The notes under the pieces are model-generated. The model was not told the DNA's origin. It saw only the letters and a program-made list of their open reading frames with translations, and ran no database searches. Of a DNA stretch of 64,000 nt, positions 47,080 through 59,721 are shown piece by piece. How positions within the stretch are numbered: position 1 is the stretch's first letter; each line of letters begins with the position of its first letter. The DNA is from Candidatus Egerieisoma sp. GTDB taxonomy: Bacteria; Bacteroidota; Bacteroidia; Bacteroidales; UBA932. Made by a program: the position numbers and the translations under genes. The stretch spans positions 23,021 through 87,020 of the forward strand of contig JAZLBB010000091.1 in the NCBI GenBank assembly GCA_045613465.1, given 5' to 3'.

Positions 47080-47505
47080 TTATTGTACCTCAATTTGCTT
47101 CTCAACAGGCTCCGATTTGTCGGGAGTTTTCTTAGGAATAATTACTTCCAAAACTCCATTGTTCACTTTTGCCTCAATTTTGTCTTTATCTACATTTTCC
47201 GGCAAAATCAAATTCTGTTGAAATTGAGAGTACGAAAATTCTTTACGCAGGTATCTTCCCTTTTTATCCTTTTCTTCATTCTTCTGTTCTTGTTTCACAG
47301 TTACAGTAAGAAGATTGTCATTGGTGATTTTAATTGTAAAATCATCTTTTGTAAGGCCGGGTGTCGCCATTTCAACTTTGAACTGTTCGTCTGTTTCAAT
47401 AATGTTCATTGGTGAAGATGAATGAAGTCTCTCTACCCAATCACTACCAATAAAATCATTGAATATTGACGGGAACCAGCTCTGATTCTTTTTTGTTGGT
47501 AACAT
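47080..47505 (-). CDS. Hsp20/alpha-crystallin small heat-shock protein
   Basis: 141 aa. Alpha-crystallin domain (FKVEMATPGLTKDDFTIKI...NGVLEVIIPK). Confidence 0.9.
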   Translation of the reverse strand: MLPTKKNQSWFPSIFNDFIGSDWVERLHSSSPMNIIETDEQFKVEMATPGLTKDDFTIKITNDNLLTVTVKQEQKNEEKDKKGRYLRKEFSYSQFQQNLILPENVDKDKIEAKVNNGVLEVIIPKKTPDKSEPVEKQIEVQ

Positions 47506-47617
47506 AACTATAACTATTTAAATTGTTTCATTTACAACAATCACAAATCACATTGGTTCAATAATTCACTTTAGTATTTTTGAGTATATTTATACACTTT
47601 TAAAGTTAATTTATTGG

Positions 47618-47625
47618 TATTTTTG
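47618..47625 (+). promoter_or_regulatory. -7 box TATTTTTG
   Basis: 16 nt upstream of the ATG at 47641. Confidence 0.5.
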
Positions 47626-47640
47626 CATAAATTTTCAGAT

Positions 47641-48129
47641 ATGAAGATAAACAAGACAAATGCTGCAAGGATTTTAGACCAGAAGAAAATTAAATATGAA
47701 CTTGTACCTTACGAGGTAGATGAGAACAATTTAGCAGCTACACATGTAGCGGAGCAGTTGGGTGAGGATATTGCACAGGTATTTAAAACTCTGGTACTTA
47801 GAGGTGATAAAAATGGCTTGTTTGTATGTGTAATCCCTGGAGATAAGGAGGTTGACCTTAAAAAGGCTGCAAGGGTATCAGCAAATAAGAAGGCAGAAAT
47901 GATTGCAATGAAGGAACTTTTGCCTCTTACTGGATATATCCGAGGAGGGTGTACCCCAATTGGAATGAAGAAACCCTACCCTACATGGATTCATTATACT
48001 GCTACAAATTTCCCTTTTATATACATTAGTGCAGGCCAGAGAGGACTTCAATTGAAACTTAATCCCGACGATCTTATAAATTCTTTTAATATTACTATAT
48101 CTGATCTGATTGCTGAACAGGAAGTATAA
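47641..48129 (+). CDS. ybaK: Cys-tRNA(Pro)/Cys-tRNA(Cys) deacylase YbaK
   Basis: Start at MKINKTNAARILD. The track start at 47614 precedes the -7 box. YbaK/EbsC pattern KTLVLRGDKNG...VDLKKAA...GGCTPIG. Confidence 0.85.
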   Translation: MKINKTNAARILDQKKIKYELVPYEVDENNLAATHVAEQLGEDIAQVFKTLVLRGDKNGLFVCVIPGDKEVDLKKAARVSANKKAEMIAMKELLPLTGYIRGGCTPIGMKKPYPTWIHYTATNFPFIYISAGQRGLQLKLNPDDLINSFNITISDLIAEQEV

Positions 48130-48212
48130 TTTATTATTTATACAAGAATGGATGTTCTGCCGGAGACTAGACAGTTCTTCGGATGAATATCACTGCTTAT
48201 ATAGTCAGTAAG

Positions 48213-49877
48213 TTATAATGTGAATTCAGCTATAGCAACTCCATATTTGTTAAAGTGCATTTCAAGCTGCTCAAATGGATTTAACTGACCATACGGAATC
48301 TGCCAGAATCTGAACATATCATCGGGAAGATTTACTTTAGCATTTTTATAAGATTGTGAGAAATCTACAGCAATAATTACAAGTTTTCCCTTTTCCTCTA
48401 AACTTTCTGTAAGTAGTTCATTCCCACCTCTATGGAAGTTTTCAGCAATATTCTCCGCGTAGTATTTGCGTGCAAATACAAAACACCTGTTGGTATCAAA
48501 TAGTGGGTTATTGTAATTTGCATATTGGAGGTCAAATGTATCTCCACAAGTAATTGCTTTATTGCTCATTGCAAATGAGAACAGTTCTTTATATACTTCA
48601 AGTAATTGGCTCTCATTCTCAAGCAGTTTGCCTGTATTCATCCTTACAACGCCAGGTGCTGAGCACCAATCAAAAATGGATGTTCTTCCATCTTTGCCGC
48701 TGAATCCCTCTTCAAGCATACCTTTTTCTCCTACTTCCTGTCCAAAATATAGCATGAATGGAGCTTTATTAAGCATTAGTGATACTACTAATGATGGTAT
48801 TCCTTTAAATGGATTTGCAAGATTGAATTCAGATGCAATTCTTTGTTCATCATGATTTTCAAGGAAATTAAGCATTTTGTTCTGCTTGTCATTTATGCTC
48901 TGCCAGCAACCTGTTATTTCGCTTGAACTTCTATGACCTTGTGAAATGTATTTTAAAGTGTCGTACAAACCTACTTTGTCGTACAGATAATCAAAACCAC
49001 CTCTGTACATGTAGTCGGAATACATTGCAGGATTATAAACTTCTGCAATGAACTGTAATTTAGGGTATTTCTGTTTTACCTCCTTGATACACCACTCCCA
49101 GAACTCTACTGGCACAAGTTCTGCCATATCGCATCTGAAGCCATCAACTCCTTTTGATGCCCAGAAGCAAAGAATATCGTGCATTATATACCAGGTTTTT
49201 GGGATTGGGTAGAAATGTCCTTTGCGGCCATTCATATAATCAACCCCATAGTTCAGTTTAACTGTTTCATACCAATCATTTTCAGTGGGATGTGCTGTAA
49301 AACAGTCATTACCTGTTGCTTTTGCTGGTCGCTCGTAATATGTACCTTTTGAGAACATTTCTCCTGGAAGGTAATAGTAATTATTGTCGGGAGAAAAAAT
49401 ATTCTCATTGTCTCCTATTCCAAAATCTTTTGCCCAATAAGGAATTGAGTCTGAATTGTATTCTCTTGCAAGGTGATTGGGTACAAAATCAAGAATGACG
49501 TTGAATCCTGCATTGTGAGTGCGTTGTACGAGATTTTCAAACTCACCCATTCTGTTCTCTACTGAATCTGCAAGATATGGGTTTACATCGTAGTAGTCTT
49601 TTATGGCATAAGGTGATCCTGCTTCTCCTTTTATAACTGATGGGTTGTCTCTTCTTATACCATATTCTTCAAAGGATTCTTTTGTTGCGTGTTCAATGAT
49701 ACCTGTATACCATATATGGGTTACACCAAGAGTGTGAAGATGTTCAAACACATTTTCATTGATGGATGAGAATTTTCCTGTTCCGTTTATCTGCAAGGGA
49801 CCGTCGGGGATACAATTATCGTTTGTATTTCCAAAGACTCTGGGCAATAATTGGTAAATTATAAATTTCTTCTCCAT
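48213..49877 (-). CDS. GH13 alpha-amylase-family glycoside hydrolase (cytoplasmic, no signal peptide)
   Basis: 554 aa. GH13 regions DFVPNH, GVDGFRCDMA, EVY..., FLENHD. Confidence 0.85.
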   Translation of the reverse strand: MEKKFIIYQLLPRVFGNTNDNCIPDGPLQINGTGKFSSINENVFEHLHTLGVTHIWYTGIIEHATKESFEEYGIRRDNPSVIKGEAGSPYAIKDYYDVNPYLADSVENRMGEFENLVQRTHNAGFNVILDFVPNHLAREYNSDSIPYWAKDFGIGDNENIFSPDNNYYYLPGEMFSKGTYYERPAKATGNDCFTAHPTENDWYETVKLNYGVDYMNGRKGHFYPIPKTWYIMHDILCFWASKGVDGFRCDMAELVPVEFWEWCIKEVKQKYPKLQFIAEVYNPAMYSDYMYRGGFDYLYDKVGLYDTLKYISQGHRSSSEITGCWQSINDKQNKMLNFLENHDEQRIASEFNLANPFKGIPSLVVSLMLNKAPFMLYFGQEVGEKGMLEEGFSGKDGRTSIFDWCSAPGVVRMNTGKLLENESQLLEVYKELFSFAMSNKAITCGDTFDLQYANYNNPLFDTNRCFVFARKYYAENIAENFHRGGNELLTESLEEKGKLVIIAVDFSQSYKNAKVNLPDDMFRFWQIPYGQLNPFEQLEMHFNKYGVAIAEFTL

Positions 49878-50053
49878 CAGAAAGTTCGGTTAGTACTATT
49901 TATACTTTGTTTTTTACTTGAATTTTTAGTGGATGTTATCCTAAATGCTTTATCAAAGTTAACTATAATTTTTGAGTTTACAATGTAAAATGCACCCTGT
50001 AGCCTGTCCTAATGATTATATGTTGATGTTTTGAGGCAATTTATAATCATAAA

Positions 50054-50086
50054 AAAGATGAGCTGCATATAAGGCAACTCATCTTT
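50054..50086 (-). terminator. Probable terminator of the PPi-PFK gene
   Basis: 9-bp stem aaagatgag/ctcatcttt plus 3 inner pairs. A short T-run follows on the minus strand. Confidence 0.45.
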
Positions 50087-50112
50087 AGAATATTTTAACT
50101 ATTGTGTAAGTC

Positions 50113-51345
50113 TTACCAGTTAAGAATTTTCTTGAAATCGTACTCCTCTGGATTTGGAACATATTTTTTTGCAGCCTCGTACTCATCTGGAGTGATGTAG
50201 TTAAGGATATGATCCAAAATCTGCTGTACTTTATCTGTGTGGATATTTACGCCACGAGGTGGAATCTTGCCAGTTGCAGGATCCTGCATATCTTTAAGGT
50301 AAAGTGATTTGATGTTACCGTTAAGATCTAGGTATACCATACATCCGGTTACACCCTCGGTGAACAATTTGTAAACACCCATACCCAACTGTGAACAGTA
50401 CATAAGGTCATAACCTACTGGAGTAACGCATCTTACCTCATAACCAATCTCAACTGGACGTGATTTTACTGAAATACCCAATGATTTAAGTTTGTTCTCA
50501 ACCATATCGTTGAACATCTGAGCTTTAGAAATTTTACCAAGCTCTGGATGGCCGTGGTCATCATATGTGAATTTAACTCCACAAGACAATAGCTCCTCGT
50601 GTGATAGCTCGTGGAATACACCCTCAGAAATCATGATTGCGCCGTGAGGAACACCCATGATTTTTCTCTTGATAATAGATGAAATTGCAAGGTTGATGAT
50701 CTTCTCAGCAGTGATTGTTGTTTTGTTGAACATCTCTGGGATAACGATCATAGGGTAATGGCATGAAGCACCAATACCTAGTGCAAGGTGACCTGCAGAT
50801 CTACCCATTGCAGAAACGATAAACCAGTTTGCACTTGTCCTTGCGTCCTCGTAAACAGTTGCAGCAATTTTGGTACCCTCAGCTTTAGCAGTATGATATC
50901 CAAAGGTTGGGATATTCTGTGGAAGAGGTAGGTCGTTGTCAATTGTTTTAGGAACGTGGATGTTTGCAATTGGATAGTTTTTCTCAGCAAGGAATTTAGC
51001 AATTCTGTTTGCAGTAGATGCAGTATCATCACCACCAACTGTAACAAGAAGTTTAATGTTGTTGCTAACAAAGAAATCAAGATTGAAATTCTCCTGGAAA
51101 TCTTTGTCTGATGGTTTGAAACGGCTCATTACAAGGTATGAACCACCTCTGTTGAACATCCAGTCTGCACATGTGAAGTCCAACTCTGTATAATTTGGGT
51201 CAGTAGAGAACAGACCTTTGTAACCACCGTGTAGTCCTAGAACTCTAAAATCGTTCTGAAGAAATGTTTTTGCGATACTACCTACAACAGTATTCATTCC
51301 TGGTGCAGGACCGCCACCTGTAAGGATAACAATTGATTGTTTCAT
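50113..51345 (-). CDS. pfp: Pyrophosphate-dependent 6-phosphofructokinase
   Basis: 410 aa PFK fold. GGDDT (Asp instead of the Gly of ATP-PFKs) and PKTIDND (Lys instead of Gly) are the classical PPi-specificity residues. Confidence 0.8.
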   Translation of the reverse strand: MKQSIVILTGGGPAPGMNTVVGSIAKTFLQNDFRVLGLHGGYKGLFSTDPNYTELDFTCADWMFNRGGSYLVMSRFKPSDKDFQENFNLDFFVSNNIKLLVTVGGDDTASTANRIAKFLAEKNYPIANIHVPKTIDNDLPLPQNIPTFGYHTAKAEGTKIAATVYEDARTSANWFIVSAMGRSAGHLALGIGASCHYPMIVIPEMFNKTTITAEKIINLAISSIIKRKIMGVPHGAIMISEGVFHELSHEELLSCGVKFTYDDHGHPELGKISKAQMFNDMVENKLKSLGISVKSRPVEIGYEVRCVTPVGYDLMYCSQLGMGVYKLFTEGVTGCMVYLDLNGNIKSLYLKDMQDPATGKIPPRGVNIHTDKVQQILDHILNYITPDEYEAAKKYVPNPEEYDFKKILNW

Positions 51346-51377
51346 GTTAAAATTATTTCTTGTTGTTATTCGGGCGG

Positions 51378-51385
51378 CAAATTTA
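51378..51385 (-). promoter_or_regulatory. -7 box (TAAATTTG on the minus strand)
   Basis: CAAATTTA on the + strand, 33 nt upstream of the ATG at 51345. Confidence 0.45.
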
Positions 51386-51397
51386 CATTTTTATTAA

Positions 51398-53458
<2,061 letters not shown>

Positions 53459-53461
53459 AAT

Positions 53462-54649
53462 ATGAGAAACGTCTATATCAATAAAAACATTTACTACTTG
53501 GGAGTCAATGACAGACGCAAACATTTGTTTGAGAATAACTGGCCACTCCCCTACGGAGTTTCATATAACTCATATCTTATTAAAGATGAAAAGAGCGTAC
53601 TTATAGATACCATTGAATATGGCAGTAATGACAATTATCTGAATAATATTGAGCGTATCCTTGATGGTGCCCCATTGGATTATCTTGTAGTAAACCATAT
53701 GGAACCTGACCATTCAAGTATGATAGAGTGTGTACTCAGAAGGTTTCCTCAAGTTAAGATTATCGGGAATGCCCAAACAACAAAAATAATAAAGCTTTAT
53801 TTTAATATTCCCGACGAATCATTAGTTACAGTAAAAGACGGGGAATCAATTTCTTTAGGAGAACATAACTTGTCATTCCATTTTATTCCGTGGGTACACT
53901 GGCCTGAAACCATGGTAACATATGAACAAACTACCCAGACACTGTTCTCATGTGATGCTTTTGGTGGATTTGGAACATTGGATGGAAGTATTTTTGATGA
54001 TGAGAATGATTTTGAGGGACACTATAAAGCTGAAATGTTAAGGTACTATTCAAATATTGTAGGTAAATACAGCAATATGGTACAGAGAGCTTTTGATAAA
54101 CTTGCAGGTGTCCCAATCAAGACTATTTGTCCTTCTCATGGCCTTGTATGGCGAGGGAATCCTGGTAGAGTCCTAGAATTGTACTCTAAATGGTGCAATT
54201 GGGAATCTGAAAAAGGTGTAGTGATTGTATATGCAAGTATGTATGGAAATACTGAGCAGATGGCAGATTTTATAGGACGTATTATTGGTGAAAAAGGTAT
54301 TCCTGTAAGAACTTATGATGTATCTAAAACTCATGTGTCATATATATTGAGCGATATATGGAAGTATAAAGGACTTGTGTTGGGTACATGTGCATACAAT
54401 ACACAAATGCATCCAATGATGGAGCACTTGTGTAATGAGATAAAGCTAATAGCTCCTAAAAACAAAATTCTCTCTATCTTTGGAAGTTCAACCTGGAATG
54501 GCGCAGGTGTAAAATCCCTATTGAAATATGCTCCAGAAATGGGTATGGAGGTTACAGGTACACCTCTTGAGATAATGGGTTCTGCTACATACCAGAAACT
54601 TGAGCAGAGTGCAGAAATCTTTGTTGAAGAATTTGTTAAATCACTTTAG
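53462..54649 (+). CDS. Flavodiiron protein (FprA-type A-type flavoprotein)
   Basis: 395 aa. Metallo-beta-lactamase-like di-iron motif NHMEPDHSS plus a C-terminal flavodoxin domain (VVIVYASMYGNTEQMA). Confidence 0.85.
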   Translation: MRNVYINKNIYYLGVNDRRKHLFENNWPLPYGVSYNSYLIKDEKSVLIDTIEYGSNDNYLNNIERILDGAPLDYLVVNHMEPDHSSMIECVLRRFPQVKIIGNAQTTKIIKLYFNIPDESLVTVKDGESISLGEHNLSFHFIPWVHWPETMVTYEQTTQTLFSCDAFGGFGTLDGSIFDDENDFEGHYKAEMLRYYSNIVGKYSNMVQRAFDKLAGVPIKTICPSHGLVWRGNPGRVLELYSKWCNWESEKGVVIVYASMYGNTEQMADFIGRIIGEKGIPVRTYDVSKTHVSYILSDIWKYKGLVLGTCAYNTQMHPMMEHLCNEIKLIAPKNKILSIFGSSTWNGAGVKSLLKYAPEMGMEVTGTPLEIMGSATYQKLEQSAEIFVEEFVKSL

Positions 54650-54659
54650 TTGTTACATT

Positions 54660-55025
54660 ATGGATGTAAATGATATATATGAAGTTACAATAACTGTACA
54701 AGATAATGATACAGCCATAGCACATAAATCTGGAGGCCTTCCTGTTTATGCCACTCCTGCTATGATTGCGTTAATGGAAAATGCTGCATTTACTTTACTG
54801 AAAAATTCAGATAAAGACAGTGTAGGCACAGAGATGAATGTAAAGCATACAAGAGCATGTCTTGTAGGATCTACGGTTACAGCTAAGGCTTCAGTTACTC
54901 AGATAAATGGCAATTGGGTTAATTTTGAGGTAACTGCTTATGATGATAAAGGTGAAATAGGATCTGGCGTTCATACACGTTACATTATAGATCCTGTTAA
55001 ATTTATGAGCAAACTAAATAAATAG
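54660..55025 (+). CDS. Hotdog-fold thioesterase-like protein
   Basis: Start at MDVNDIYE (ATG at 54660). The track start at 54600 overlaps the upstream gene. PVYATPAMIALMENAA pattern of small hotdog thioesterases. Confidence 0.6.
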   Translation: MDVNDIYEVTITVQDNDTAIAHKSGGLPVYATPAMIALMENAAFTLLKNSDKDSVGTEMNVKHTRACLVGSTVTAKASVTQINGNWVNFEVTAYDDKGEIGSGVHTRYIIDPVKFMSKLNK

Positions 55026-55027
55026 TT

Positions 55028-56023
55028 TTGAGAGATCTTATTGAGGAAATACTTGAGTTTTACAGATGGATTGTCAAATTCATTACGGTTGATATTTGGA
55101 ATCTCAACCTGGATGATTTTGGCCAGGCAAAGAGTAAACTTATAAAGTACCTTAAAGTGGCTATCATAACTGTTATGGAGGCTGGAAGGAACAGACTTGG
55201 TCTATATGCTTTTTCATTAAGTTTCTTTTCAACCATGGCAATGGTACCTTTTGCAGCAGTTGCATTTGCTGTAACAGACGGTTTTGGACTGAAAGAGTCA
55301 CTTCAAACAATGCTTTTAGAGTATTTCTCTCAAAATAAAGAGATTGTACAGCTAATTATTGGATTTGCTGAGAACATAGTTACTATAAGCCAACAGGATA
55401 TATTTGGAATTATCAGTTTGCTTTTCTTTATCAGTACGGTTGTATGGCTAATATTAAAAGTTGAAAAATGTTTCAATCTTATTTGGAAAGCTGAAAGAGG
55501 AAGGTCTATTGCCAAAAGGTTCTTGTACTATTTTGGTATATTGATAGTGGCTCCCCTCCTTCTTACAATGTTTCTTTCAGTAACATTAGTCTTTACCAAT
55601 ACTTTGAACTCAATTGGCTTTGATTTTGGTTATTTCAAATATACGGGATTTATTATAAGGTGGTTGGCGTTTTATGGAGTGATTACATTGTTCTTTACCA
55701 TACTGTACAAATATGTACCAAACGTTAAAGTGAAATTTTCAGCTGCTTTCTTTGCAGCGCTTATCTCAGCTTTAGCTTTTGTAGTATGGCAATATTTATA
55801 TATGGAAACGCAATTACTTGTATCAAGACTCAATACAGTATACGGTGCTTTTGCTGCTATACCTTTATTCCTAATATGGATGAATGTTAGTTGGACATTG
55901 ATACTGATTGGTGCAGAAATTTCTCATGCTTATCAGTATGAGAATATCTATACAACTGACGGTGATTTTGAAACGCTTGAGAAACAGGTAATTGAAAAAA
56001 TCAATTTAGATGAAAGGAATTAA
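55028..56023 (+). CDS. YihY/BrkB-family membrane protein
   Basis: 331 aa with a TTG start (no in-frame ATG upstream of the first TM). 6 TM helices. YAFSLSFFSTMAMVPF and PLFLIWMNVSW motifs. Confidence 0.7.
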   Translation: MRDLIEEILEFYRWIVKFITVDIWNLNLDDFGQAKSKLIKYLKVAIITVMEAGRNRLGLYAFSLSFFSTMAMVPFAAVAFAVTDGFGLKESLQTMLLEYFSQNKEIVQLIIGFAENIVTISQQDIFGIISLLFFISTVVWLILKVEKCFNLIWKAERGRSIAKRFLYYFGILIVAPLLLTMFLSVTLVFTNTLNSIGFDFGYFKYTGFIIRWLAFYGVITLFFTILYKYVPNVKVKFSAAFFAALISALAFVVWQYLYMETQLLVSRLNTVYGAFAAIPLFLIWMNVSWTLILIGAEISHAYQYENIYTTDGDFETLEKQVIEKINLDERN

Positions 56024-57437
56024 ACTAGATATGAAATTATCTGCAAATGCTGTCAATTTTATTGATGACAACAAGTTGCAGGGGCTTTTGAGTTCTTCTA
56101 AAGAAGATTTGCCTCGTGCCCGTGAGCTTTTTAAGAAAGCATTGGATAAGAAACCCCTTTCTGTAGAGGAGACAGCTGTACTCCTTGCTATTGAATCTAA
56201 GGAGGGATTGGATGAGTTGTTTGCAGCAGCAAGAGAACTTAAAAGGAAAGTTTATGGGAACAGAATTGTCCTTTTTGCACCTCTTTATGTTGGTAATCAT
56301 TGTGTAAATAACTGCAAATATTGTGGTTTTAGAAAGGATGCCAAAGGTATTGTAAGAAAGACTTTGAACAATAAAGAACTCGTTTCTGAAATAGAAAATC
56401 TTGAGAAATACGGACATAAAAGACTTATTCTCGTATTTGGTGAGTCTCCGGTATATACTCCAGAGTTTATAGCAGAGAGTGTCAGGACATGTTATAGCAT
56501 TAAAGTTGGAAATGGTGAGATCAGAAGGGTAAATATAAATGCTGCACCTTTAGATGTTGAAGGTTTTAGAATTGTAAAAGAGGCTGGAATTGGTACTTTC
56601 CAGATATTCCAGGAGACATATCATCAGGAGACTTATTCTAAATATCACCCGTCGGGAGACATAAAAGGTGATTATATGTGGCGTCTTAACTCTATGGACA
56701 GGGCTTTTGAGGCAGGTATTGATGATATGGGAATAGGTGCACTATTTGGACTATATAATTGGAAGTATGAGGTTTTGGGATTGGTTTCTCATGCCCTTCA
56801 CCTGCAAAACACTTGCGGTGTGGGCCCTCATACAATCAGTTTTCCAAGGATTAAACCAGCAGCCGATATGAATCTGGAACTTCCTTATGAGGTTTCAGAT
56901 GATGAATTCAAGAGACTTGTGGCAATCCTCAGATTGGCTGTACCTTATACAGGATTGATTATGACTGCAAGAGAAAGCAGTGCAATCAGAGATGAGGTAA
57001 TTGAGTTTGGAGTATCACAGATAGATGCAGGAACAAAGTTGGAAATTGGAGGATATCAGAACCAGAAGGGTGATGAGCAAGATATTACAAAAGAACAATT
57101 TGTGATTGGTGATACCCGTGAGTTAGATGATGTTATGTACTGGCTGCTCACAAGTGGTTATATTCCTAGTTTTTGTACAGCTTGTTACAGAATGGGTAGA
57201 ACAGGTGAGCATTTTATGGAATTTGCAATACCGGGATTTATCAAGAGATTCTGTACTCCAAATGCAATCATAACTCTAGCTGAGTATCTCGAAGATTATT
57301 CAAGTGAGAAAACAAAAGCTGCGGGATACGCACTTATAGAAAAAGAATTGGAAAAGCTTCCCGACAGTGTACAGAAGGAGAAGATTATAGCTAATTTAGA
57401 GGCTGTAAAAAAAGGGACAAGGGATTTAAGGTTTTAG
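56010..57437 (+). CDS. hydG: [FeFe]-hydrogenase maturase HydG (radical SAM tyrosine lyase)
   Basis: 475 aa. Radical-SAM CVNNCKYCGF. C-terminal CTACYRMGRTGEHFMEFAIPGFIKRFC (CX2CX22C) distinguishes HydG from ThiH. An alternative start at 56031 avoids the overlap with yihY. Confidence 0.8.
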   Translation: MKGIKLDMKLSANAVNFIDDNKLQGLLSSSKEDLPRARELFKKALDKKPLSVEETAVLLAIESKEGLDELFAAARELKRKVYGNRIVLFAPLYVGNHCVNNCKYCGFRKDAKGIVRKTLNNKELVSEIENLEKYGHKRLILVFGESPVYTPEFIAESVRTCYSIKVGNGEIRRVNINAAPLDVEGFRIVKEAGIGTFQIFQETYHQETYSKYHPSGDIKGDYMWRLNSMDRAFEAGIDDMGIGALFGLYNWKYEVLGLVSHALHLQNTCGVGPHTISFPRIKPAADMNLELPYEVSDDEFKRLVAILRLAVPYTGLIMTARESSAIRDEVIEFGVSQIDAGTKLEIGGYQNQKGDEQDITKEQFVIGDTRELDDVMYWLLTSGYIPSFCTACYRMGRTGEHFMEFAIPGFIKRFCTPNAIITLAEYLEDYSSEKTKAAGYALIEKELEKLPDSVQKEKIIANLEAVKKGTRDLRF

Positions 57438-57438
57438 T

Positions 57439-59721
57439 ATGTTTACAAAAGAGGACAATGAATTGATTCAAAGGGAATTTGAGTCATTAAGGATTGCAAG
57501 TCTCAAGAGATGTGCAAATCAGGAGGAATACGAAGATGTTATTAGGGCGTTTGAGTTTGCAAATGAGGCCCACAAGGGTGTACGAAGACGTTCTGGTGAA
57601 CCATATATCATTCATCCTATTGCAGTTGCAAAAATCGTAGTAGAAGAAATTGGTCTTGGCTACAAATCTATTGTTACTGCTTTGTTGCATGATATTGTAG
57701 AAGACACAGAGTATACTGTAGAGGATCTTTCAAGACTGTTTGGTCCTAAAGTTGCCTCACTAGTAGACGGACTTACAAAAATCAAGTCTGCTATGGATTC
57801 TAAACATAATTCTAACCAGAATGATGAGAAATCCATGCAGGCAGAGAACTTTAAAAGAATCCTCCTAACACTTAATGATGATGTCCGTGTAGTCCTCATA
57901 AAACTTGCTGACAGGCTTCATAATCTTAGAACCATAGGTTCAATGCCAGAAAGGAAGAAAGACAAGATTCTCAGTGAGAGTATGTATATTTTTATTCCTC
58001 TTGCTCATAAGCTTGGTCTGTACAGCATGAAATCTGAAATGGAAAATATATGGCTTCATTATAGGGAGCCTGACTATTTCAGCAACATTACTAAAAAGAT
58101 TGATGATCTTATTGATGAGAGAGGTGATGCAATTGACCAGTTTATTGCACCTATTTCTCAGGCTCTCCATCATGAAGGATATAAGTTTTCTATCATTAAA
58201 AGAACAAAGACCCCCTACTCCATCTGGAAAAAAATGGAGACAAAAGGTATCCCTTTTGAACAGATTTATGATTTGTTTGCAGTAAGGATTATTTTTGAAC
58301 CAAAAGAGGGAATATCTGAGAGAAAACAATGTTGGGATATTTATTCTATCATATCTGAACATTACAGATCTAAGATGGATAGGATCAGGGACTGGGTGAG
58401 TGCTCCTAAATCCAATGGATATGAAGCACTTCACTGTACCCTTATGAGTCAGAACGGAAACTGGGTAGAAGTTCAGATCCGTTCTGATAGAATGAATCAG
58501 ATTGCCGAAAAAGGTGTTGCAGCCCATTGGAGCTATAAAGGTGTTAACAAAAGTGAAACTGAGTTGGACAACTGGCTTGCAATGGTAAGGGGAGTTCTAG
58601 AGAATCCTGATGTAAGTGCTTTGGAATTCCTTGATAAATTCCATGAAGGTTTGCTTGCTTCTGAAATTTATGTCTTTACACCTAAAGGTGATTCAAAATC
58701 TTTACCTAAAGGCTCTACAGCTTTGGATTTTGCCTATTATATTCACAGTAAGATTGGAAATAGGGCAATTGCAGCTAAAGTAAATCACAGGCTTGTACCA
58801 CTATCTCAAGAACTTAAAAATGGAGATCAGATAGAAATCATTACTGCTGAGGCCCAAAAACCACAGCGCGAATGGTTGAATTATGTTCATACTCCTAAAG
58901 CTAAAGATCTTATCTATGAAGCCCTTAAAGCCGAGATAGATGATGTTATGACAACTGGTCAGCGCATTCTTGAAGAGGAGCTGTCTAAACTTGGAGTAAA
59001 AGTACAACACCGTGTAATTAAAAAACTTTTGTTGGAATACAAACTCAACAATAAAGATGAGATGTATACCAAGATTGCAACAGGTGTAATTAAACTTGAT
59101 GATCTTGATAAAATTCTTAGAAAGAATAACGAGAACAAATTTGTAAAATATTGGAAACTTCAATTCTTCTCTTCACAAGATGAGACAGAAGAGGATGATG
59201 ATTTTGAGGATAATAATGTTCCAGTTAATAAGAAACCGGCAATTGACAAGAAAAAAGATTATCTGCTTAAAGAAAATGTAGACAAGACTCTTACTTATCA
59301 GGTTGCAGATTGTTGTAACCCTATTCCAGGTGATGCAATTGTAGGTTTCGTTGATGAGAATAATAATGTGATAGTTCATAAAAAGGTTTGTAATAAAGCT
59401 ATTTCTCTTGCCACAGTACAGGGTGAGAAAATAATTAATGCAAAATGGACCAAACATACATTCCTTTCATTCCTTGCAAGAATAACTCTTAGAGGTATTG
59501 ACAGAATGGGTATTGTTACTGAGATTACCCAGTTCATTACATTGGATTTGAGTGTAAACATCAGAAAGATTCATTTTGAGACACACGATGGAATTTTTGA
59601 CGGCTATATTGATCTTTATGTGCATGATGCTCAAGACCTGGAAATGATTATGACCAGACTCCTTAAGGTTAAAGGTGTAGAAAGTGTAACCCGAACAGAT
59701 GTTAAAACAGAAGTTAATTAA
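57439..59721 (+). CDS. Bifunctional (p)ppGpp synthetase/hydrolase, RelA/SpoT family
   Basis: 760 aa. HD hydrolase domain (HPIAVA...LLHDIVEDT), synthetase domain (YEALHCTL...EVQIRS), TGS and C-terminal ACT-like domains. Confidence 0.95.
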   Translation: MFTKEDNELIQREFESLRIASLKRCANQEEYEDVIRAFEFANEAHKGVRRRSGEPYIIHPIAVAKIVVEEIGLGYKSIVTALLHDIVEDTEYTVEDLSRLFGPKVASLVDGLTKIKSAMDSKHNSNQNDEKSMQAENFKRILLTLNDDVRVVLIKLADRLHNLRTIGSMPERKKDKILSESMYIFIPLAHKLGLYSMKSEMENIWLHYREPDYFSNITKKIDDLIDERGDAIDQFIAPISQALHHEGYKFSIIKRTKTPYSIWKKMETKGIPFEQIYDLFAVRIIFEPKEGISERKQCWDIYSIISEHYRSKMDRIRDWVSAPKSNGYEALHCTLMSQNGNWVEVQIRSDRMNQIAEKGVAAHWSYKGVNKSETELDNWLAMVRGVLENPDVSALEFLDKFHEGLLASEIYVFTPKGDSKSLPKGSTALDFAYYIHSKIGNRAIAAKVNHRLVPLSQELKNGDQIEIITAEAQKPQREWLNYVHTPKAKDLIYEALKAEIDDVMTTGQRILEEELSKLGVKVQHRVIKKLLLEYKLNNKDEMYTKIATGVIKLDDLDKILRKNNENKFVKYWKLQFFSSQDETEEDDDFEDNNVPVNKKPAIDKKKDYLLKENVDKTLTYQVADCCNPIPGDAIVGFVDENNNVIVHKKVCNKAISLATVQGEKIINAKWTKHTFLSFLARITLRGIDRMGIVTEITQFITLDLSVNIRKIHFETHDGIFDGYIDLYVHDAQDLEMIMTRLLKVKGVESVTRTDVKTEVN

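Noticed and set aside
47050-47415. 121-aa + strand ORF opposite hsp20.
   Set aside because: It is Phe/Leu/Ile-rich antisense sequence. The minus strand encodes a clear alpha-crystallin domain.
57940-58527. 195-aa minus-strand ORF inside relA/spoT.
   Set aside because: It is antisense to the conserved synthetase domain. It is the longest shadow ORF in the window but has no motifs.
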